Made by a program: the position numbers and the translations under genes. The notes under the pieces were generated by a model. It worked only from the letters and a program-made list of their open reading frames with translations. It made no database searches and had not been told where the DNA came from. This document shows, piece by piece, positions 45,943 to 51,891 of a stretch of DNA of 51,891 nt. This stretch comes from a virus (taxonomy: Duplodnaviria > Caudoviricetes): positions 1 through 51,891 of IMG/VR virus record IMGVR_UViG_3300021363_000006, one strand, 5' to 3'. Position 1 is the first letter of the stretch, and every line of letters starts with the position of its first letter.

Positions 45943-47247
45943 TTAGACTATCTTAATCGCACCATCATCGCATGTGACGTAATACGAGATGTACAAGGTA
46001 GTTGCAAGGTCATCAAGCTTGAAGGATATGTACTTCGGAAGCAATGTACCATCGTCAACGAGCTGAGCCAGGTCTGCTGCTACGCAGCTGTCGAACGCTT
46101 CCTTGGCAAAGGCTACAACCAGGTCAACAGCAGAAGCATTATCAGCCGCCAAGATGCTAACGACTACGTTGGTTGTAGTATCCGCACCATTGCAAGTCTC
46201 GCTTGCGAAGACCTGAACAACAACCGTACCAGCCTCGGAGGCTACAACACTATCGCCAAGACCTGCTCGAGCTAGAATGCCTACAGCGTCTACTCCAGCG
46301 GAAGCCTCTGCGGTAACTGGGAGGGCTGCTGCGATGGAGGAGCCTTCACTGCTCGCAGCATTGTCAAGGCCGCTTCTCGTCGTCGCCGTGACCGCTTCAG
46401 TACTACCAGAAGTGTCAGCAGCACTAGTAGTGACAACAAGTGAGCCTACCGAATCTGCGCCTGTAGAAGTCTCAGACGCTGCAGGGAAGAAGGACTGGAA
46501 GACCGTTCCAGCAGTATCTACACCTGCAGACGTTTCAGTTGCAGAAGTAGCAACTGCAAGAGTCGTTGATGCATCGCTACCTGAACCAGTCTCCGTCTGG
46601 GTCCGAGACGTAGCAAGGCTTGCAGCATCTGCGCCAGATGCGACATCAGCGGAAGTCGTGGACGCAGAGACCACAGGGAGGTCTGATCCAGATGACGTGT
46701 CTGCCGAGCTCGTTGCAACAGCTTGGGTGTTTACAGCATCTGAACCCGTACCTGTATCCGAGTCGCTAACTGGAACTATGGATAGTGGTGCAGGTAGTGC
46801 AGGTAGGACGATGTTGGTTTGGCGTGTGTAAAGTCGCCTCGCTACGTTTAGAGCAGCTGAGTTGACAACGAGTGGCTGTCGAACGGGTGGGTCGAAGACC
46901 TGAAGCGTCCCTGCATCGACTCCAGATCCTATCTCAGTACCAGTACTTGACGCTGCAAGTGTTCCTGCGTCTACAGACGATCCCGTCTCAGTCGCTGAAG
47001 TTGACGTTGTTGTCGCACTTACAGCATCCGTACCTGAGGACGTTTCTGTCGCAGTGAAGGTTACAGTCTGGGTGAGTACAGAGTCATTGCCAGTAGGGGA
47101 TTCAGTGTCTGTCCTCGACGTTGCAAGTGTTAGGACAACATCTACTGCAGAGCTGGTATCTGAGTCTGCAATTGGTGTAGGCAGCAGGAAGACAGGCGTC
47201 CGCAATACGATCGGGACGTTAGGATAGCCCCTACCAGCTCTTGCCAT
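45943..47247 (-). CDS. Ser/Thr/Ala-rich repeat protein, putative virion appendage
   Basis: Recurrent (D/E)T.(S/A)G.DA units about 19-20 aa apart; lies in the head module. Confidence 0.65.
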   Translation of the reverse strand: MARAGRGYPNVPIVLRTPVFLLPTPIADSDTSSAVDVVLTLATSRTDTESPTGNDSVLTQTVTFTATETSSGTDAVSATTTSTSATETGSSVDAGTLAASSTGTEIGSGVDAGTLQVFDPPVRQPLVVNSAALNVARRLYTRQTNIVLPALPAPLSIVPVSDSDTGTGSDAVNTQAVATSSADTSSGSDLPVVSASTTSADVASGADAASLATSRTQTETGSGSDASTTLAVATSATETSAGVDTAGTVFQSFFPAASETSTGADSVGSLVVTTSAADTSGSTEAVTATTRSGLDNAASSEGSSIAAALPVTAEASAGVDAVGILARAGLGDSVVASEAGTVVVQVFASETCNGADTTTNVVVSILAADNASAVDLVVAFAKEAFDSCVAADLAQLVDDGTLLPKYISFKLDDLATTLYISYYVTCDDGAIKIV

Positions 47248-47250
47248 GTG

Positions 47251-47952
47251 TCACCAACTCATTGCTCTGTTGAGTGCTGCCATCGAAGGTGAGACGTATG
47301 TCTCAGGAGGATTGAACGAGGCAGACGGAAAGGCGTCGTCTAGCTGGTAGTCATCTACATCCCACTTTCCCAAACCAGCATTGCCTACGCCAACAGAGAA
47401 GCCTGCAGCACCTGCAGCTGTGAGGGTAGTATCGGTCGTGGACCTATCCCACGTGTTCGGCTCGCCAGCACCGTCAGCCCAAACACGTGCTTGGACTAGG
47501 GAGCCTACAGCACCAAATCTACACCAGTACTTAGTAGCAGATGCAAATGCTAGGGTAACGGGTGTTAGTAGGTCTGTGCCTGCATAGGCATTGCTATATC
47601 CAAGGGTCCAGTTACCTGCAGGCCTATTCAGAGATACATAGTACCCTGCTTGTCCATCTAGCAGGTTCGCATTTGACTGGTTTGATCGCACATAGAATAG
47701 CGGATATACTTCATCCCCTGTAGGCCACTGGAAGCTGAAGAGTGCCACGGCATTTGCCACGGACCCTGCAGTAGCATCCCGGCGTGCAACGCGCGACCCA
47801 CCAGCGTAGCCCCCTGTGGTGCCACAGGTCAAACGTCCCTGGTTAGACTGGATCTGGGATCCACCACCAGAAGGCGTCAGACCTGTAGCCCAGGTAGCAC
47901 TCCACGCAGCACCATTGGTCCCAGTAAACGTGTCACTGGAAAGCGTGGTCAC
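47251..47952 (-). CDS. Beta-rich, lectin-like virion protein
   Basis: SDTFTGTNGAAW start; ARVWADGAGEPNTW motif. Confidence 0.6.
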   Translation of the reverse strand: MTTLSSDTFTGTNGAAWSATWATGLTPSGGGSQIQSNQGRLTCGTTGGYAGGSRVARRDATAGSVANAVALFSFQWPTGDEVYPLFYVRSNQSNANLLDGQAGYYVSLNRPAGNWTLGYSNAYAGTDLLTPVTLAFASATKYWCRFGAVGSLVQARVWADGAGEPNTWDRSTTDTTLTAAGAAGFSVGVGNAGLGKWDVDDYQLDDAFPSASFNPPETYVSPSMAALNRAMSW

Positions 47953-47955
47953 CGA

Positions 47956-48435
47956 CTAGCACCTCTCGAACCAAAAGGCTGCACGGGCGTTGACGACGGC
48001 TGCCGCAGTAAGGCGAATTGCGAAGCCCTTGGACACGTCGTTGTCAGGCGTGTCACCAAGCGGGAAGTCGTAGACAAGCAGTCCACCTGCAGGCGACAGG
48101 AAGCCTGAGTCAATTGGAGCCAATACCGTAGGCTCCGATGTCGATGCGGAGAAGGCCGTAAAGCCTGCAGTAATCGCACGCCCATAGTTCTGGGTGATGT
48201 TGGAGTTCTCGTTGGTGTTGGCTGTACCAGGTGTACTGTTGGTTGCAGCAGTGAGGGTACAGAGCTCCCAGAACACAGGGACAGCCGTACCCGTAACACC
48301 GTCAAGCGAGAGCCTGAACTTCTTCAGGTCTGCGCCGAATGTAGAAGGGGCGAGGACAGCAAGCACTGTCTTCGCTGTAGCTGCAGCTAGAGCGACCTGC
48401 GAGGTCGTCCTGACCGAGTAGCCAGCCTTAGCCAT
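47956..48435 (-). CDS. Hypothetical structural protein
   Basis: RBS GGAGGAGG; Ala/Thr-rich beta pattern. Confidence 0.6.
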   Translation of the reverse strand: MAKAGYSVRTTSQVALAAATAKTVLAVLAPSTFGADLKKFRLSLDGVTGTAVPVFWELCTLTAATNSTPGTANTNENSNITQNYGRAITAGFTAFSASTSEPTVLAPIDSGFLSPAGGLLVYDFPLGDTPDNDVSKGFAIRLTAAAVVNARAAFWFERC

Positions 48436-48444
48436 GCCTCCTCC

Positions 48445-49023
48445 TTAGGAGAACGTGATTGTGGTGGTGAAGGCCCAGGTGGAACCGGAAGCCTTGGTAC
48501 CGAGCGCTGCCGACGTCTTGTGGTTTAGCAACGTGGCACTAACGGCGTTGCTAGAGGAAACGGTCGGAGTACCGATATCGATGCCCCACTCGTTCCACGC
48601 GTAGTTGCCATCTGCAGTACCAAACGTCGACTTGAACGTGATGACTGCAGCTGCAATCGTGGGGAACGTAGCATCCATGACCTGGAACCAGCGGTGTGTG
48701 GAACCTGCAGCAGCTGAGAGGTCAGTATCACCAACTGCTGCCGAGCCTGCGCCATCACCCGTACCAATACGGGCCGCTGTGTTCGTAGGAGCCTGACCTC
48801 CAGCAGCTACCATCAGCGACACAAGACGAGTCAAGCCCGCAGTGGTCAGGAGGTTGTCCGCCCGATCAGCCGTGTCTGACGGCTTGATCCCAAGAGCTGT
48901 GAACACCGCAGCTGTCGGAGCCAAGATACCCGACTTGAGCTGAGCGTACTTGGTCTGGTCCGCGTCGTACTTGTCAACGTGGGCATGTGCCTGCCACTTG
49001 AACGTGTCAGTCTTTGTCGTCAT
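48445..49023 (-). CDS. Hypothetical structural protein (fibre/filament subunit-like)
   Basis: NLLTTAG, IGTGDG, FGTADGNYAWNEWGI, LGTKASG. Confidence 0.65.
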   Translation of the reverse strand: MTTKTDTFKWQAHAHVDKYDADQTKYAQLKSGILAPTAAVFTALGIKPSDTADRADNLLTTAGLTRLVSLMVAAGGQAPTNTAARIGTGDGAGSAAVGDTDLSAAAGSTHRWFQVMDATFPTIAAAVITFKSTFGTADGNYAWNEWGIDIGTPTVSSSNAVSATLLNHKTSAALGTKASGSTWAFTTTITFS

Positions 49024-49358
49024 CGCTGTATCGCTACCTCTCCTGTAATGACGGTCTCCCTAATGACTGGGATGGTCTTGGCGAGCATAACTCGGAACGG
49101 TTGAGCGTCCCAAGAGAACTGAACATCCTCAGATGGCTGATCGAATGTCGCACTGTTAGCCAGTATGACACTCGTCCAAGTAACCATCCCATCAGGATCG
49201 TCAATCTCAATTGTGATCGATGTCCCAGCTAAGCTGGCAGGAACTGTATTCTCGACATCGTTCCAAAAGTACAATACGAACTTATTGCGTGAATTGAACT
49301 TCAGTCGCAGGACAGCAACAATTGCAACTGAGCCTACTTCGACTGTGCGCGCCATCAC
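49020..49358 (-). CDS. Hypothetical protein
   Basis: Overlaps both neighbours by 4 nt. Confidence 0.55.
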   Translation of the reverse strand: MMARTVEVGSVAIVAVLRLKFNSRNKFVLYFWNDVENTVPASLAGTSITIEIDDPDGMVTWTSVILANSATFDQPSEDVQFSWDAQPFRVMLAKTIPVIRETVITGEVAIQR

Positions 49359-49615
49359 TTACCTCCGCAACGGAAGGACCCTCGCAGTTTGACAAGCTCG
49401 TCATACGTACGAATCTGATACGCGCGCTGCTGTACACCAGCAGCAGTCGTCGGCGTCAGCTGCTTATGCGGATCATTCGAGGTGAGGATGTCTAGCGTCG
49501 AGCACCATTTCTGGTTTGAGTAGGTAACGTACCAGACAACAAATGCTCCACTCAGGACCAGCGACATCAGCACAGATACAATGCTGTAGACAACACGCTG
49601 CCTAGTATTGGTCAT
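49355..49615 (-). CDS. Membrane protein
   Basis: N-terminal TM helix; two Cys. Confidence 0.6.
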   Translation of the reverse strand: MTNTRQRVVYSIVSVLMSLVLSGAFVVWYVTYSNQKWCSTLDILTSNDPHKQLTPTTAAGVQQRAYQIRTYDELVKLRGSFRCGGK

Positions 49616-49622
49616 CTGTGAA

Positions 49623-49880
49623 TCACCACGTTCCAGAACGTTGAGACCGAGATGGCGGAGATGGTGAGTCCGGCGGAGACGGTGGCGGCGAAGAGCCTCC
49701 ATTCTGTCTCAGTAACCAGATGGCGTTCGTGATGCCAGGAATCCCTAGCATCGTGGTGAACGTTGCTAGGAGCAGAGGGTCTGTCCTGCCCGTCAACAAC
49801 TGATACACGATACCGAATGTACCTAGTGCGAGGAGGACCAGATCGCGTAGAATCGTTAGCCATGGAGGACCGTTCACCAT
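49623..49880 (-). CDS. Two-TM membrane protein with Pro/Ser tail
   Basis: RDLVLLALGTFGIVYQLL and LLLATFTTMLGIPG segments. Confidence 0.6.
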   Translation of the reverse strand: MVNGPPWLTILRDLVLLALGTFGIVYQLLTGRTDPLLLATFTTMLGIPGITNAIWLLRQNGGSSPPPSPPDSPSPPSRSQRSGTW

Positions 49881-49917
49881 TCACCTGTTAGTCCTAACCA
49901 GTAGGGGATGCTACTAG

Positions 49918-51429
49918 TTACTTGTTGCCCGAGCGATCAGCTCCAGCATTACTGGCAGGGAGTTGTGCCTTCGCAGGCCCTTGCCTTGGAGGTCCCGCTT
50001 TAGGAGCCTCACCATTCCCAGGCTTTCCAGCAGCAGCTTCACCAGGTGCCTGAGGTGTAGCCGTCTCTCGGACGGTTGCTTCGTCCGCTGGGGGCAAATC
50101 CATTTCCTCTCGAATGTTTGCCTCTAGTACATCGTCAGGACGAATGATGTTTGCTCCGACGAAGTTTCTAATCGCGAAGCTAAGCGTACGCCAGTCAGCA
50201 GATTCACCAATACGGCGGGCACGAAGCTTAGGGTAGTCCTTAACGCCAGTGAAGTTGAAATCCACTAGCTCTTTGATAGCATAGTCGTTAACCGTCTGGC
50301 ATACAATATCCGCAATGAACCTCGTAGCCTTCAGGAACAGGTCAAGGTCGACATCCTTTGACCCCTGCCCAGTATCAGCCAGGAAGGCAGCCAAGATAGA
50401 CTTCTCGATCTGCTTGTCATGATGCTCGATCGAAGCCAAGGCATCTACAGGTTGACCCTCGAGCTTCAGCATGATCAGCTCCCAGTTAGGCGGAAGCACT
50501 ACATGCGCTCGCTCGTTGGTTCGAAGGTTTCGACCCATCTGCTCTGCGAGTCCTCGGTCCTGGGGCGAGAAACCGGGAGGCAGCGTAATCATCGGGATGC
50601 CAATGCCGTGACGTTCCTTCTGAATGGCATCGATCTTGTACAGCTGCTCCTTGTAGTACCAGTGCTTATAGGTCGACCGGAGCAAGCTGATACCCTCGAT
50701 GTTCCCTGCTTCCTTGTCGAAGGTAAACACCAGCATCTTACTGATATCGATCATGACCTCCTGGTCATAACCATTACCGTTCGGAGGCCAAAAGCAAACT
50801 GACTTAGGTCCGCCAGCTGTATCGTACTTCCACTCCTTGACATCCATGGGATGCCGAGGAGCAAGCTTCTTCCAAACGATCTGGTACTTGCCATCGATGA
50901 TTCGAGGTTCCCAGACCTTCTCGAACATGTAGTACCCAAACTCGCACATCAGCAAGGACTCAATAATGAACTGAGACCAGCTGATCGACATGTACTCGGT
51001 TAGGCACTTCCATACGAACTCCGCGATCTTTTTGTCCTTGGGTCGAATCTTCCCATTAGGACCTTTACCGGGTTCCATGAACCAGCGTGCGGCGAGTACA
51101 GGCGTCTTAACCAGGCGAAGAGTACCGCGAACAGTACCATCACCACGACGCATCTGGTCGTACTTCTGGAGGCCCTTAATCCCCATGAGGTCACGATTGT
51201 ACTCCGCTCTAATAAAGGATGTAAATGGTGAAGGTGAGGATGTTCCAATCTCTCGCAGGTCAACTTCGTTGATGCTGGATGAAGCAACGTTAGATGCGAA
51301 CTGGCGAGGCGTGACGATGGCAAACGGGTCCATGCCAGGCTCAGAGACCACAGACACGATCTCAAATCTGGCCAGAACATCGTCCATCGTGCTAACGAGG
51401 GTCTGGGTCTCGGCCTGGGTCTCAGTCAC
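49918..51429 (-). CDS. Portal protein (DUF935 / Mu gp29-like)
   Basis: 503 aa directly after terL; FGYYMFEKVW, GISLLRSTY, ERHGIG. Confidence 0.88.
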   Translation of the reverse strand: MTETQAETQTLVSTMDDVLARFEIVSVVSEPGMDPFAIVTPRQFASNVASSSINEVDLREIGTSSPSPFTSFIRAEYNRDLMGIKGLQKYDQMRRGDGTVRGTLRLVKTPVLAARWFMEPGKGPNGKIRPKDKKIAEFVWKCLTEYMSISWSQFIIESLLMCEFGYYMFEKVWEPRIIDGKYQIVWKKLAPRHPMDVKEWKYDTAGGPKSVCFWPPNGNGYDQEVMIDISKMLVFTFDKEAGNIEGISLLRSTYKHWYYKEQLYKIDAIQKERHGIGIPMITLPPGFSPQDRGLAEQMGRNLRTNERAHVVLPPNWELIMLKLEGQPVDALASIEHHDKQIEKSILAAFLADTGQGSKDVDLDLFLKATRFIADIVCQTVNDYAIKELVDFNFTGVKDYPKLRARRIGESADWRTLSFAIRNFVGANIIRPDDVLEANIREEMDLPPADEATVRETATPQAPGEAAAGKPGNGEAPKAGPPRQGPAKAQLPASNAGADRSGNK

Positions 51430-51447
51430 TTACTGCCTCGCCCTTCA

Positions 51448-51891
51448 TTAGAAAACTCCACCTGAGGTAAAGAAGGATGCATCGCCTTCTCCTCCACCCT
51501 CTGCGGGCGTCATTGTGAACGAGCCACCATCTTTCGAGCCTCCAGATTCTCCCTGGTAGACTTCGGATAGGTGGTGATGAGCTCCGAGCTTGAACACATG
51601 CATAAGGCCGTATCGCAATGCATCGAGTGCGTGGTCTTCGACCTTGTTTCCGAACTCAGGTACGTTCCGCCCCTTGACTGGAGCATTGGACTTGTAGTTG
51701 TTGAACTCATGGATGAGAGACTTGCATGAGTGATCCACCAGCATCCCTGTGGTGGTAAGGGGAGTGCCATACTCGTCACTGACAAGGCCGGTGTCTCTAT
51801 CTTTGAGGAACGAGGCAACGAGGTCAACGCCATCTCGCCAGTTCTCCTTCGCCTCAGGTAGTGTCCAGCAGCCTACGAGGTCGATCGAAAT
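51448..51891 (-). CDS. terL: Terminase large subunit, C-terminal nuclease part
   Basis: EDHALDALRYG nuclease motif; in frame with 1..1129 across the terminal repeat. Confidence 0.9.
   Translation of the reverse strand: MSIDLVGCWTLPEAKENWRDGVDLVASFLKDRDTGLVSDEYGTPLTTTGMLVDHSCKSLIHEFNNYKSNAPVKGRNVPEFGNKVEDHALDALRYGLMHVFKLGAHHHLSEVYQGESGGSKDGGSFTMTPAEGGGEGDASFFTSGGVF
51753..51891. repeat. Terminal direct repeat, right copy
   Basis: Matches 1-139. Confidence 0.95.

Noticed and set aside
1-51891. Lysogeny module or alternative genetic code
   Set aside because: No integrase, ParAB or repressor was recognised. TAA, TAG and TGA all end genes normally and core genes are full length.

Overview
The window is an essentially complete, circular or circularly permuted tailed dsDNA phage genome. 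The unit length is about 51,752 bp, because bases 1-139 repeat at 51753-51891 and split the large terminase gene. It has two convergent arms that meet at a 16-bp-stem hairpin near 31.8 kb. The + arm (2.9-31.8 kb) carries small early genes, a SNF2 helicase, a Cas4/RecB-like nuclease, an AAA ATPase, an SSB-like protein and a primase-helicase. It also has a 7-deazaguanine DNA-modification cluster (queC, queD, queE, folE, MazG-like genes, a DpdA/TGT-like gene), a UDG-fused family A DNA polymerase and a RuvC-like resolvase. The - arm carries terminase, portal, head, siphovirus-type tail and lysis genes. I found no integrase or repressor, so a lytic lifestyle is likely. An actinobacterial host is an inference from gene types, not proven. 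The main unexplained signal is a cis-element network. The 11-mer AGACCACAGGG occurs at least 11 times, and a roughly 110-125-bp element built from phased TTAGAC/GTCTAA hexamers occurs three times, each next to that 11-mer. Three small proteins with a shared HTH-like motif are candidate binders. All calls come from motifs and synteny read by eye; no database search or folding computation was run.
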